A stretch of 64,000 nucleotides of DNA from Lama glama (lineage: Eukaryota): assembly GCA_028534125.1 (NCBI GenBank), contig CM052816.1:39682001-39746000 (forward strand). The letters are read 5' to 3'. A model generated the notes under the pieces. That model searched no databases. It worked only from the letters and a program-made list of their open reading frames with translations, and was not told where the DNA came from. A program made the translations under genes and the position numbers. Below are positions 26,610-40,390 of this stretch, in pieces (the stretch's first letter is position 1; each line of letters starts with the position of its first letter).

Positions 26610-28330
26610 AGTAAGTGTCCATTGTATATCTTCTTTGGAGAAATACCTATGTGTATCCATTGCTCATTTTTCAATTTGATAATTTGCCTTCATATTGAGC
26701 TGTAAGAGATCGTAACATATTCTAGACATAAGTCTCTTATCAGATGTATGATTTGCTAATCTTTTCACCCATTTGGTGGATGTCATTTCACTTTCTTGAA
26801 GGTGTCCACAGAAGCACAGACATTTTAAATTTTGATGGACAAATCATCTTTTCCTAAGTTTACTGGCTTCTTTTATTTTATTTCTTATTCATATGCTTAT
26901 ATTTAGCCTTATGTTTTGTAAATTTTGATTCCTATCTTTTCCTTATTTTTAATTGTTTTTTCTGTTGTCTTATGTCTTATGGTAAGAGTCCATAATGTAG
27001 TTTAGTTATAGGTCCTTTGACATATGTTTTTCAAATATTTTCTCCCATCCTTGACTGACCTTTTCATTTTTCAGTGATGTATAATGAAGAACAAAATACA
27101 TATTGTTAAGATAAGGTATAATTTTAATTTATTTTTTCTTATGGTTTATTCTGTGCCATTTGTGAAAAGCAATTTTCTCTTCCCAATTAATTGACATGAC
27201 ACTTTTGACAAAAACCAATTGACTTCATTTCTGGACTCCACCTTTTTCATTAAGCTATGTATTTTTTTTTCTGAATCCCAAACTATCTTGATGACTATAG
27301 CTTTATCGTTAATATTGAAGTAAAGTGAGATAACTTATTCAACACGATTCTTTTAAAATATTGTTTGGATATTATAGGTCTTTTGAACTCTTTTATTAAC
27401 TTTAAACTCATCTTGTCAATTTCCAGAGCTAAAACCTGCTGGAATTTTCACTGGGAACGTAACTGAACCTAGAAATCAGTATGGGGAGAATTGCTACTAC
27501 AGAACTGTTGTTATTTGAATGAATGAACATGGCATATCTTTCCATTTATTTAACTCTCAGCAATGTGTTTAATTCTCAATGTAGAACATTTGTATGTAAT
27601 TTTTTAGATATAGTCTTAACGTACCTTTGCTATCATAAATGGAATTATTTTTAAATTAAAAATTAATTTTGAATTAAATTTATCTTTTAAATTTCAATTT
27701 TTCTATCTTTGCTGTTACATATACAAATATAGTTAATTTTTATACTAAACTTGTGTCCTGCTGATGTGATACATTCAATAATTTGATTTCTTAGCTGTAT
27801 TGTATATTTCCTGAGATTTTTTTCTATATATACGACTATAACATGTATAAATATGGAATTTTTACTTCTGCCTTTTTAATCTTTAACGTTTATGTTTCTT
27901 ACCTTATTGGAATGGCTAGGTCATCTAGTACAATGTCAAATAAAACTGATGAAAACAAGTGTCCTAGTTTTGTTTCCACATCTCAGGAGAAACTATTCAG
28001 TGTTTCACCATCAGCATGATTTTGGCTATAGATAATTTGGCAGCTATCCTTTAACAGTTTGAGGACATTCCCTACTATTTCAAGTCTGTTGATCATTCTT
28101 TTATCCTGAAGGGAAGTCGAGTTTTGTCAAACTGAGCAGCGATTTATCCTTCTTCCTTATGGAAAAATTGTGTAAATTTGGCAATTCTTTCTTCTGAAAT
28201 GTCTAATAGAATTCACTAGTAACACCATCTTGATGGGTTTTTTTTTAGGGAGAGTTAATATAAACACAAATTTTTGTAAATATATGGTGCTATTCATATT
28301 TCCTATTTCTTTGATCAGTTTGCTTGTAAT
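26610..28330 (-). mobile_element. Ancient L1M ORF2 fragments (several pieces)
   Basis: 'ttgtatatcttctttggagaaatacctat', 'tcttgatgactatagctttat', 'aatggctaggtcatctagtacaatgtcaaataa', 'ctaatagaattcactagtaacaccatct'. Confidence 0.7.
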
Positions 28331-30499
28331 CCTATCCAGTATATATTTCACTTCAGATGTATTTTTCTCTCTCAAAATTTGCTTGTGGCTTTTTTTATGT
28401 TTGTATTTCTCTCATCATGTTCATGCTTTTTTTCCTCATATTCACAAGAATATGGAGCATATCAACTGCAGCAGTTTTAATATCCTTTTCTTTGTTCTTT
28501 GCATATCTCTTTTTATAGAATTTTTGGTAAATGATAACACTAACAAAACAGTTAATAAAGTAATACAAACAACCCACTAATGTCTCATCTATGTCTTGAC
28601 CTTAGCCACTTTTGAGTTAGGAACTGAGTATCCTCATTTTTAAAAGAACCCTTTAGTTGTTTTTTTACTAAAGTTAGTGTTTCACTAGTGTAGAGGTTTA
28701 AGGTTGGGCTTTCCATCAAAAAGACAGCGGTCTCTTTGCAATCTCCAAATATTTCACTTACCAGCTGTGTTAAGTACATTGTACTTCTGTTCAACAATAT
28801 AAAATTATTTTGCCAGAGTGAACATAAAATTTCCCGACCATCTCGATGTCGGAATCAGCCATATGATTTAATTATGTTAAAGAAACATCAGTGGCAGTTT
28901 TGAGGATTTAACAGCCAGTGTGTATTTTCACCTCTGCTGCCAGTAGTCCATGCTGTCCTGAACCAGCTGAATGATCATCCTCGTTCAAAGATAGACGATG
29001 GGGGAAAAAAAAAAGCTTTGCCATCAGTCAATCATAATGGATATCGCCAGAGAGAAAACTAGACCTTTGTGCTTCTCAACCATTAAGCCTAGTTTTGTTT
29101 TGTAATTCATTCAGTCATTCACGATCATTTATTAGGAAGAAATGAATTGTTACATACATTACAACTGGTACTCAACTGACATTTAGTAGTGTTTCATATT
29201 AGTTTCAAGACACTGCTGTATAATCAACGTTAGTCTGGGTTCCAAAATATATATGTTGTGTTGCAAGAAATACTAAGTTATCTATAGCGATATCATTACA
29301 CAGAAAACCCCTAAACCAGAATGGGCAGCTGGGCTGGGGAAATTATCATAGCCGAAATTTTTCGAACTGGAAAGTTAATAGTTTTAAGTAAACTCATCAT
29401 AAAAAATTGACTTCATTTGAATTTTTAGAAGAAATGATTTTATGATGATTAGTTTGTACAGCAAAGAATAACAGTTGATTTAAATAAATTGGAAAAATGT
29501 AGTAACAGCGTTTCCTTTGCCATTAATTAAACTATTTAATGTTTATCCTAAAATAATTTTAATCAAGGGAGTTTTCATTTATCAATATTCTTTTTCATTA
29601 AAGGAACACTTTTCAACCTAATTTCACCAACACATGCATGACAGCTGGTGCTCATAGTCTAATACACTTGATTTTAGGACTGTCCTTGCCTGTTCATGAA
29701 GTTGACCTGTTGACTCAAGACAGTTTTAATCCATTTTGGTGCATCTAATTAAATGTCACTTCTCTGATCCTCCCTGTTAGTCTGAGCATGTTAAAATTTT
29801 ATCATCTGAGAAATTACTGTATATTATGCAGTGTCTTTATGTTTGAGAGTCATTACAGGAACCCTACATCTGCCAGTTTTCGGTATTTTCAGTTAACATA
29901 TCTGCAAATGTATTTTCAGTGTGTAAAAAGATAAAGGACTCCTTTTAAACATTTAATAATATTTATATATGTATTGTCATTTTCCAAAACATGTTAATTC
30001 TTTTTTTATTTCAGTGGTGACTGACAAATTAACTAAGACTTCATTTGCATTTCAGTTAACTATCATGTCTAGTGAGAGTTCACCAATTGTTTACACTGGG
30101 GCTTTTATGGTTTTTTTTTTTTTTTTTTTGCTATTACCACAAAAGATGCACACTCCGGCTTTGATATATAGTTTTGCTTCCAAAGGGCTCTAAGCTTTAA
30201 AAAGATTGTATTTTTCAAAGTAAAATGTGAAAAAGTTTTTGGTTTAAGTACAATTTTAAAAAAAAGGTAAATCAAAATTCTAAACTTGAAACTTTTAAAC
30301 AATTTGGACTTTTTTTCTTGAATCAGATAAATACCTACAGCCTATAAATGCCTTTAAGAGACCCTTTAAGCCCATCAGTTTTAGGAAAATAATATTTACA
30401 GCTGTTTTGAAACTGTAACCTATAGTCATTCTATATACAATAGATACGAAATATCCAAGTTGCTTATGTTGCTGTCACCAGAAGCCAGACATTCTTTTT

Positions 30500-31192
30500 A
30501 AAATCCATATGATACAGCAATCCAACTCCTGGGCACATATCCAGAGAGAATTCTAATGTGAAAAGATACAGGCACCCCAATGTATATAGTGGCACTATAT
30601 ACAGTAACCAAGTCATGGAAGCAACCTAAATGTCCATCGATAGATGACTAGATAAAGAAGATGTGGTATATTTAGACAATGGAATACTACTCAGACATAA
30701 AAAAGAATAAAATAATGCCATTTGCAGCTACATGGATGAACCTGGAGAATGTCATTCTAAGTGAAGTAAGACAGAAAGAAAAAGAAAAATACCACATGAT
30801 ATCACACATATGTGGCATCTAAAAAAAAAAAGAAAAGAAACAAGTACTCTATGAACTCATCCACAAAACAGAAACAGACTTGCAGACACAGTAAACAATC
30901 TTATGGTTACCAGGGAAAGCAGGTAGGAAGGGATAAATTTGGGAGTTTGTGATTTTCAAATGTTAGCCACTATGTATATACAAATAGATTTTTAAAAAGT
31001 TTCTTTTGTATAGCACAGGGAATTATGTTCAATATCTTGTAATAACCTTTAGTGGAAGAAATATGAAAACAAATATATGTATGTATATGTATGACTGGGA
31101 CATTATGCTACACACCAGAGACTGACACATTGTAATTGATGGCACTTCAATAAAAAAATAAATAAATAGAAATAAATAAAATAAAATAAAAT
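30500..31192 (+). mobile_element. Lineage-specific 5'-truncated L1 (ORF2 C-terminus, 3'UTR, A-rich tail)
   Basis: 'ccatatgatacagcaatccaactcctgggcacatatccag...tatagcacagggaattatgttcaatatcttgtaataacc...caataaaaaaataaataaat'. Clearly homologous to 23051-23581 and 39730-40390. No clean TSD resolved. Confidence 0.9.
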
Positions 31193-31269
31193 ACAATGTG
31201 ATCATTTTCTTCCTTTGAGCTGATATCACTTAGTGTTTCTTTGAAGGCCCTTGGACATTTAGTTTCTGA

Positions 31270-31665
31270 CTAACCTCATTCTTCTCTGGTTCTCCACTTC
31301 TGCTCTTTGAAGCAGTTATGCATTATACAGCGATGTCTCCAATGCCCTCTATCAGCAGCAAGCGTCTCACTTTTTTTTGTCTAACTCATACATATTCATT
31401 ATTCTAATTAGAACCATATCAGAATCCCTGTCTCTTCTCTATTCCCATGAAACTTTAAGATAAATTATAACATTTTAATAAATCAATTAATAAAAACAAA
31501 ACATTTTAACACATTATTATTTCTGATGTACTTGTCTGTCTCAACTATTTTTTTTAACTTCTTGTGAGAAATGACCATGTCTTGTGCCATTGTCTCTCCT
31601 CACCAAATAGCATATTATCTAGAACCACAGTGTCCAGTGAGTGTTTGGTAACTGGATAAATATAC
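31270..31665 (+). mobile_element. LINE-2 3' portion (degenerate)
   Basis: 'acttgtctgtctcaactat...gaccatgtcttgtgccattgtctctcc...cagtgagtgtttggtaactggataaat'. Confidence 0.5.
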
Positions 31666-33194
31666 AACTACTAGTGCCTGTCAGATATTTAGTAAACATT
31701 CACAGAATAAAGTACATAATTTTATATCATGGCGAGTCCCCTTCCTATGTTACTCATACCCTTTGTTACTACGAAAGTGAAAATAATATTCATTTGTTAC
31801 ACAAAAGTTTTGGATTTCATATTTAATATTCATTTTAAACATTTCACTGTATTAGTTTCCTTTACTTATGTTGCTCATCCAAAAGTCTAAAGTTTCACAA
31901 ATATAACATGTAGGAAATGATCAATAAAATATACCAGCCCAGCCATAAGACATATCCTAGCTTGCACTATAACATATACCTTGTTTGTGATCACAGTACA
32001 CTTCCCCCCACGCCCCAGTGATATTATGCCAAGGCTCCTTTAATCTTTCAGAATTCCAAATGCCCACAGTTTCAAATATTAGCAAAAGAGGGACAAGGAT
32101 CAAAATGTACAGCCTTTCCACTACGTTTGGAAGCTATTATTTCTGCTTGAATAAATGACATCATTAAATGAGCAACTTGCATTTCTATTACCATCCAGTA
32201 TATGTGTAATATTTCTGAATTATATCTGTCACATGCGATTGGAATCAAAGTTTTCTGCTAGATTTGCTATTCCAAATTAAGTAAAATTCAATTCATGATT
32301 GAATGAAAACTATTCTACTTGAATGTAAAATTCTGGTTTCCTCCTTTTTAAGGTATTTATCTACATCACCAGTTAGAATTATTACATTTTTTACAGTGGA
32401 GTGCTACAGAAGTAATTGAACTGAAAGAAATAGCTGAAAATATATCTTATCCCAAGATGATCTAAAATATTTGTTAACTATTTGACTAGACAAATAGCTA
32501 CTGTTTTAAGAGTTAAGGTTCTAAATATAGGAACAGATTTCCATCAAGCAGAAGAGTACCCACATTCTTGGGCAGAAACTTTAAAACTCTATATTTGGGC
32601 ATTACTAAGTTGTTTCACATAGTGTATTTAATAAATTTGAATTCTTACCAATATTAACTCCCAGCTAAATGATTATCATAATACAGAACTGATGGTATTT
32701 TTAACTTCATCTTTACATTATTACATAACCAAAAAACATGATTAGATAAGAAAAGATCATGGCAAAACTGATACTTGCAATTGAAAAACTGAGTTCACAT
32801 GATTCATGAAATGGAAAAACAGATTCATTTCCTTTTCTGGAAACTGTCATAACATTTTATTAGAACTAAAAACTGAATCAGAAGTTCTACGTAAACAACT
32901 TTCAGTAAACCGTAATTCCTCACATGCTTTGCTCCAAAGATATTGATGGATTGCAAGGCTGCAAGGCTTTGAAAGCTGCAATGTGTCTTTTTTGGTACAT
33001 AAGGAAATAAGGTTTTGAGAGACCCAGTGTAAGTATATAATGAACATGGGCTCTACCTCCTTAATATGGGAAGAAAGAGATTTTCCTTTATGAAATGTTT
33101 CACTATCTGTGTCTGATTTATTGTGAAGGCTGTTTTTGTAACACCTCACAATAAATTTTTAGTGAAAAATGTCATGCAAGATTTATTCCCATGC

Positions 33195-33440
33195 CTTTAT
33201 TCATTCATTAATTCATCCATTTATTTGATCAACTTACATTTACCAAATGCCTCCTATGTGATAGGTACTAGCCTAGGCACTTGGGATTCATCAATGAAAA
33301 GAACAGAAAACATTCTAGACTTTTAGGCTTACCTTCTAGAAGTAGGATACAAACAATACTTAGCAATCATTAAAAAACCATATATGTGGTTGCTAGTTTG
33401 ATCAGTACCAGAAAAAAATTAGATCAGAGTAAGGAGAATC
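33195..33440 (-). mobile_element. LINE-2 3' end
   Basis: 'ttattcattcattaattcatccattt...aatgcctcctatgtgataggtactagcctaggcacttgggattcatcaatgaa'. Confidence 0.75.
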
Positions 33441-34327
33441 ATTAATGTCTCTAATTTTATTTGTCTCTCAATCTCACAAATATTAAATTTAAGGAAAATC
33501 TAGAGAAATGTTTTCACCTTAGAAATCTTATTTTCCTTAGAAACATTTATTCATGCAGGCATAGCCAAATTTTATTTTTAGGAAGCGCAGTTTCCACAGT
33601 TTCCTTTATTTTCTAAATAATTTTCTGTAATAATGTTGAATGTAGCTTTTCTCCTGAGAAATTTTTTCCCTGAAAACTTAATGCAATGCATTTAAAATAT
33701 TTTTAATATGTGAGGAAATTTATTGTTTAGAGGAGACCATCCATTCCCTGAAGGTGTTCTCTTGTTTAATCTCATGTTAAAAGACTGCTCTTTAGATAGC
33801 TTGCTTTATCAAGATAGCTCTGGAAAACTGTAGTATTTTCCTTTGGATATAGATTCATTGATACTATGCAAAAAAGAACATGACTTGACATACAGAACCA
33901 GACAGTAACACACTTTTTGACAAAATCTGATCAGAATCACCTGCCTGTTATAACAAACAGTCATGTTTGTAAACATTTTATATTTTTATTACTTATGTTT
34001 GTCTCATATTTTGCTTAGTTCTATTTGGCTGGTTTCTATCTTTTCTATAAATCAACATTTAAAATTGAAAGGAACAGTTTTCATCAGGCTTCTGAAAGAG
34101 AAATTAGAATGATAATTCTACAGTTTCATCAGTTTCTCTCTTATATTTCTTCTGAAAACCAACTAGGGAGGAAAAAAGGAGAGAGAGATTTACCGTCAAC
34201 CCCAAAGATTATACTAGGTATGGGGAAGATGTGATATAGTCTTTTAGTCAAACTTCCATAGAAATTTAGATAGTAGCTTATCAGTATCTAAATTATTAGA
34301 TTTCACCTTTCAATTTTAAAGATACAG

Positions 34328-34929
34328 GCTGGCTTTGGTAGAATAATGGAAACTAGACTAGTCTTGTCTACTGGAAACAAGTATGAAACCGGACAGAGCA
34401 TAAGAGACATTTGGTTTTACGAAGTGGACAACAGTCAGTGCAAAGCAGCAAGCCCAGACAGAATTCGGAAATGACCCCACGATGTGAGGGGTCTCTGACT
34501 GCGGTGGAAACTCAGGCTCACAGAGAATCGACATTCTGTGGAGCACAGCACTCCCACCCTACTGAGGAGGCAGAGATCAGAGTTCTGATTAGCTGAAGTG
34601 GCAGGACTCTCGGACAGGGTACTGATAAGGAAGAGGCCGGATAAAGACTGGAATTCAGCACGAGGATCCCTTGTGATCCATGGCTGAGGGCTGGGCTGTA
34701 ACCAGCAGGGTGAGACCCAAATGTCTCACTAGGAAGTGGCTGATCAAAGCTTGGGAGAGGGGTCCTAGAGAATGAGAAACCCTGGTAGAAGAGCTCCCTG
34801 GGACAAAGGAATTCTGCTTCTGTCAGAACTGTTCAACCTATTTAATATCTCCTTAATACTCGTGGAATCCCTCTGAGAAACTAAAAAGGCCAAACCTAAA
34901 GAACAGGGACCATGTCCTAAATTAAGATC
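34328..34929 (+). mobile_element. Ancient L1M 5' UTR fragment; appears to continue after the MLT1 LTR (about 35388-35835)
   Basis: 'tggaaacaagtatgaaaccggacagagcataagagacatttggtttt...ggacaacagtcagtgcaaagc', typical of old L1M 5' ends. Confidence 0.5.
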
Positions 34930-35387
34930 TGTATTTGTTTCTAGGACTGCCACAACCAAGTACCACAATTTGGGTGACAACGCAAATTTATTGCGTCACT
35001 TTTCTGGAGGCTGGAAGTCTCAGATCAAGATGTTGGAGGGTTGTTCCTTTTGAGACTGTGAGGAAGAATCTGCTGCCCCTCTCCTAGCTTCTAGTGACTG
35101 ACTGGCAGATTCTGCCATTCCTTGGCTTACAGATAATTTACCCCATCTTTGCCTTCATAGTCACATGATGTTTGTCCTGTGTGCATGTCTACATCCAAAT
35201 TCCCTCTTTTTATAAGGACACCAGTCATATCGGATTGAGACTCACCCTACTCCAGCAAGATCGCATCTTAATTTAACTGATTACAACTGAAATGACCCTA
35301 TTTCCAAAAAAGTTTGCCTTCTGAGGTATTTGGGTGCTGGGGCTACAATATATTAACTTGTGAGGGGACACAGTTCAACCCACGATA
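34930..35387 (-). mobile_element. MaLR solo LTR, MLT1C-like
   Basis: 'tgtatttgtttctaggactgccacaaccaagtaccacaa', 'ttctggaggctggaagtc', 'tataaggacaccagtcatatcggatt', 'ggggacacagttcaaccc'. Confidence 0.85.
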
Positions 35388-35835
35388 CTTACTGAAAAGT
35401 CATCCTAAGAGAAAGACTTAAAGCAAGACCTGAAAAGATCCCCAGGGGAGAGATGGTTTGGAAATTGAGTCCCTTGTTTTAGGACTATGAACTATCATGA
35501 GCCTTCCGTGGTCTATACTAACAATGTTTGAACAAAAGCCTGCAAAAGTTCAACTACACAAAACAGCCTCATACAAACTGAGACTTCTGAATTACATCAT
35601 GTTGCACTTGTTTTAATATGTCACTTTTTTTCAATCCCTTCTTTAGAAAAGGCCCACATATTTGACACTCAACTCCTTTTAATATTCTAGTGAACAATGA
35701 AATAAACATACTTTGAACTGCCTGCTAAGGTAAGAATCAACAATCAGCAGAATAAATTTAAAAAATATAAGGAGTTTCAAAAAATAAGAAATCGAGATAA
35801 ATAATATTTAAACATAATTAAAAAAATAAAAAGAA

Positions 35836-36101
35836 TGTGTATGTATATTTACAACTGTTGTATCCTCTTCTTGGATTGATCCCTTAAGCATTATGTAGTG
35901 CCCATCTTTGTCTCTGTAACAGTCTTTATTTTAAAATCTATTTTGTCGGATAGAAGTATTGCAACTTCAGCTTTCTCCTGGTTTCCGTTTGCATGGAATA
36001 TCTTTTTCCATCCCCTTACTTTCAACCTGTATGTGTCTCTAGCTCTGAAGTGGGTCTCTTGTAGACAGCATATATACAGGTCTTGTTTTCGTATCCATTC
36101 A
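35836..36101 (-). pseudogene. Isolated L1 ORF2 endonuclease-domain fragment
   Basis: Minus-strand translation: EWIRKQDLYICCLQETHFRARDTYRLKVRGWKKIFHANGNQEKAEVAILLSDKIDFKIKTVT/(frameshift)/DKDGHYIMLKGSIQEEDTTVVNI. Confidence 0.92.
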
Positions 36102-37635
36102 ATCCATAATTTTAATTCAACCTCTCTTTTACAGTATTCATATCATCAGTTAGCACTATCTCTCAGATGAAATAAATTTTTGATGTGATGCTTTCTTTTA
36201 TTTCTTTCAAACTTAGCTTCTTAAAGCTTCAACATGGTAAGTATTGAAAATATAACTTTAAAAATAGCTATCAAATAGCTTCAACAAATACCACTCTAAA
36301 AGGCCACCCACCTTCAAGTCAAGCACCTGGGAAGCATTCTGATGCCTCATTAAAACCAAAGGGCCATGTAGAAATAAACAACTTCCAGGAATAAGGCTTG
36401 TCATTTAACTAGTTTAGCTAATGTCTTCATAAATTAACACTAAAAAGGATTAAATCAACATACTATTAACTTTGTAAAAATCAAATCTTGAAAAGTGATG
36501 GTAGGAACCAAAACATAAATTATCTCTTTGTTTCTGAAATTTAGATCCAAATATGACTAGCCAGGTAAGACTTTTCAAACCTAACAAATCTGTGCTCTCT
36601 CTGAAAATGGAAAAATCCAATTTTTAATTTTATTACAAATGTATTACTTTTCTCTTCAGTTGTTTTCTGTGTTTTATTCAAATGTGTGATTACATCATCT
36701 TGGTGCTAGCTTTTCTCCTCAGGAAAACATCTGTTATTTCATAGCTATAGTAAAATAAAATACTGTTTTGGGCATATTCTTTTCTTGTCAGCTTTTCCCA
36801 CTTCCTCAAAATATGTTTACTCTATTTATTAAAGCTTTCCTTGAAGTTCACATTCTTCTCCAGATTAGTAAAGTGCTAACATCTTGTCTGTGACTAGATA
36901 CCATCTGTCTGTTTTCACTTTACTCAAAGCACATGCTTTTGTCAATATTAGTAATAAGACTGGAAATAAAAATATCTTGCATTCATGTAAAACTTGGCTA
37001 TCAATCAATCTTCACTACTCACAGTGACTGTACAGGACTAAAATCAAGTTTTTAAATACCTCTCCTTCTGAAAGAATATTAATATTGACACAATTAGAAG
37101 CTGACAAATGAAAAACAATATTCAAAATTGTTGTGGAAAAGCTGCAAATCATTTCCTGAGCAAAAGACCTAAGATCTAAGGAAGTTATCTATTGCTTTGA
37201 AACTAAATTGTCAACATGAGAAGTAATTACAAACAAACAATACAATTCAGCTCATTTAATAACAGAAAGTTTCATCACATAGAAGAGATCAAGTGGTTTG
37301 CTTTTCAATATCCTTAGTATTTGAGAAAGTTTGATAATTATCTATTCGCAAAATACACTTCAACTATTATATAAATCCAACATAATATTATTATTATTTT
37401 CTGAAGATTTATGAGTTTTTTCAATTCTCATGTTAATCTAGTCATATAGAAATAATAAACATTATCCAAATATAATCACTTACAAGTAAAATTAAACTGT
37501 CACTTCTCTTCATCTAACTAAATATAGGGTGTTTATTATTTTCATTTGGTTGGACTTTTATGTATCACAGAGCTATAGGTTCTTGTCTAAATCTAGGTTG
37601 GTACTGCTCTTCCTGAAGTGATCTTACAAATACTA

Positions 37636-37659
37636 GTGTGTGTGTGTGTGTGTGTGTGT
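37636..37659. repeat. (GT)n microsatellite, about 12 units
   Basis: Direct inspection. Confidence 0.95.
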
Positions 37660-38689
37660 TTTAGCACCTAGTTTTCACTTAACAGCAATCAAAACTGTTT
37701 CATCTATTTACTGACATACTGCTAGTGATCTCCACTAGTACCTACAAAGGAAAGTTCTGATTATTCACATCATCATTCCTGCTAAATAAATACCACAGCG
37801 TGGTTCTTTGCTGGCTCCTTAGTATCTATTCTGATGACATGACAGTGTTTTGAGAATGCACTTGACAATAGTCAACAGCAAGCAATTTTAGGAGCTATTC
37901 CAGCCTCACTTGATTTCATTGCTTTCAAATTCCTTGCTATTTTGCACAGCCTCAGTTTTCTCAATTGTTTTTCAGAATATTTATCCTTCTATTCTAGTTA
38001 CACTACAATTGAAAAAGAAATTTTGGACCACTCACTATGACTACTCTTATCCCTTACTTCTGGTTATTTCCACCCAAAGACATGTGACAGCTACGAGCAA
38101 GACCTGCTTCAATTCTGTCCCTTTTCCAGTCCTCCAGGAATCTTGCCTGACTACACTTACGATGCCGCTTTCAAAATCTGTTTCAAAATTAGGCCAAAGT
38201 CTGATGACTATATTTAAATCCAAATAATGTTTTGCCACCCATCTACAGTAATTACTAAATCAATGACAGGAAATAACTGATCTGTGAGTTATTTTCAATA
38301 TATCAGGGAGTCTATAGAAAATTTAAGAAATTTTACTCACTGTTTTATGTTGGTTACATAGTTATTTAAATATGTGAGCAAAACAAATGGAAAGTGAACT
38401 ATTACTTAATGGCTTTTTTGATAGAAATAAATAGCATATTTAATTACAGTTGATAATGAAAGCTCTAGTGACAAGAGATAAGCTATTGGCTCAACAAAAT
38501 GAATAATGCATTAGATAAAGTTTACAGCACAACAGGATAAAAACTCTGTACTTTAAAAATTGAACTAGAGGAATAAATATAACCTCATGAGATGTTGAAA
38601 AAAATAATCCCTTCTTAGACACAAAGGAGTTTCTGAAACTTCTGGTGTCGTCCTGCTTACCACAGACGCTGGATAGGGCTATGTTCAGT

Positions 38690-38980
38690 GAAATTTAGCA
38701 CCCAAGTTTAGACCTCGAATATTGCCCTAAGAATCAGCTGAATCAATGTTTGAGGCAAGAAAAGTCAAGATAACCCAGAGACACCTTGTTACTTCCAGAA
38801 AGTAAAGGTAATTTCAAAGATGTCTAAAATAACACAAGTAAGAATGAAGAAGCCTGAGTACCAGAGTCCGCTCCTGCCAGATAGTGACAATTTGAGCTTC
38901 ATGAAAAGAAAACAGTAATTGCAGTCAATTCTATCAAGTTGATTCTATAAAGGGTCTAAGTTCATGATGACACTCAAAAA
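38690..38980 (+). mobile_element. Ancient L1MC-like 3' UTR fragment
   Basis: 'ggcaagaaaagtcaagataacccagagacaccttgttacttccagaaagtaaagg...gacaatttgagcttca' resembles positions 100-300 of this window. Confidence 0.5.
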
Positions 38981-39610
38981 TAACAAATACTTACATTTGT
39001 GCTAAAGGCAAATCATACAGAATCTTCCCAAGTATGTTAACCAAAAAATGGTTATACACTGATTGAAACAATCATAGAAGTATATTTAAATTTTGGTAGT
39101 TGCCTCGTTAAAAATCATATAGGATATACAGTAAATTTAAAAACATTAAAAAGTAACTTTGGAAGTATTTACATTTCTTTTAATATTAATTAAAATGTTA
39201 GAATCCATGGAGTCATAGCAAGGCTAGTAATAAATTAATACCATGACATCAATATTATAAATGCCATAAAATTAATAAAATATATGATATAATAAAAGAA
39301 AATATATCAGGGGACATTTACACCTCCATTATTGTAGCTGTAAAACAGCCAGAGAACTGAACAGTAAGTTCGTACCACTTTCTAAGACAGAGTTAAGCAA
39401 CATCAATACAATAGCTTACCAGAGTTTTCATAGTACCTCCCAGCTATTCAGAGTTTTGTCACTGATCTTATCAAAAATATTTCTTGATCTTGTCAAAAAT
39501 AAAGACACATTTATACACCATACTTTACTCCACAGAGGCTTTCGGGAATCTTAACAGACACTGTGCCATGCTGGTCTGAGCTGAAGGTTCATTAATATTT
39601 ACTTGACTTT

Positions 39611-39716
39611 AGTTTTTCCAAAAATAAATTCTATGGGACCCTAATTATTCTGGGAGTACTGCAATTCATGCAGAAAAAGAAGTTCCCAGGATAAATTGGC
39701 GAGGAAAACTGCAAGT
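39611..39716. mobile_element. Probable hAT-Charlie MITE (MER117/MER112-like) left part; right part at about 43140-43270
   Basis: 'agtttttccaaaaataaattctatgggaccctaatt...aaaaagaagttcccaggataaattggcgaggaaaactg' and distal 'agaatgcacattaggaaattatg' resemble degenerate terminal inverted repeats. Confidence 0.35.
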
Positions 39717-40045
39717 TAACCTAACTTTATTTATTTTTACATTTTTTCATTGAATAATAGTTATTTTACAATATGTCAAATTCTAGTGTAGAGCACAATT
39801 TTTCAGTCATACATGAACATGTATATATTCATTGTCACATTTTTTTTCCACTATGAGCTACCACAAGATCTTGTATATTTTTCCCTGTGCTATACAGTAT
39901 AATCTTGTTTATCTATTCTGCATTTTAAAATCCCAGTCTGTCCCTTCCCACCCCCACCCCCTTGGCAACCACAAGTTTGTATTCTATGTCTGTGAGTCTG
40001 TTTCTGTTTTGTATTTATGTTTTGTTTTTTTTTCCTTTAGCTTCC

Positions 40046-40390
40046 TCATATGAGTGATTTCACATGGTATTTTTCTTTCTCTTTCTGGCTTAATTCACTT
40101 TGAATGACATTCTCCAGGAACATCCATGTTGCTGCAAATGGCATTATGGTGTCAGTTTTTGTGGCTGAATAGTATTCCACTGTGCAAATATACCACAGCT
40201 TCTTTATCCAGTCATTTGTTGATGGACATTTAAGCTGTTTCCATGTCTTGGCTATTGTAAATAGTGCTACTATGAACATTGGGGTGCAGGTGTCTTTTTG
40301 AAGTAGGATTTCTTCTGGATACATGCCCAGGAGCAGGATTCCTGGGTCCTAGCCTTTTGAGGAATCTCCATACTGTTTTTCACAGTGGCT
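40046..40390 (-). pseudogene. L1 ORF2 extreme C-terminal remnant
   Basis: ORF track 40046..40324: [55 protein letters not shown]...EKYHVKSLI. Confidence 0.9.

Noticed and set aside
28230..28580. Hydrophobic, membrane-protein-like 116-aa ORF; similarly 61986-62339
   Set aside because: An artefact of T-rich decayed L1 or AT-rich sequence giving F/L/I codons.
30495..31205. Possible TSD (TAAAATCCATATGAT / TAAAATACAATGTGAT) for the 30.5-kb L1
   Set aside because: Too many mismatches, and it overlaps both L1 sequence and the A-rich tail.
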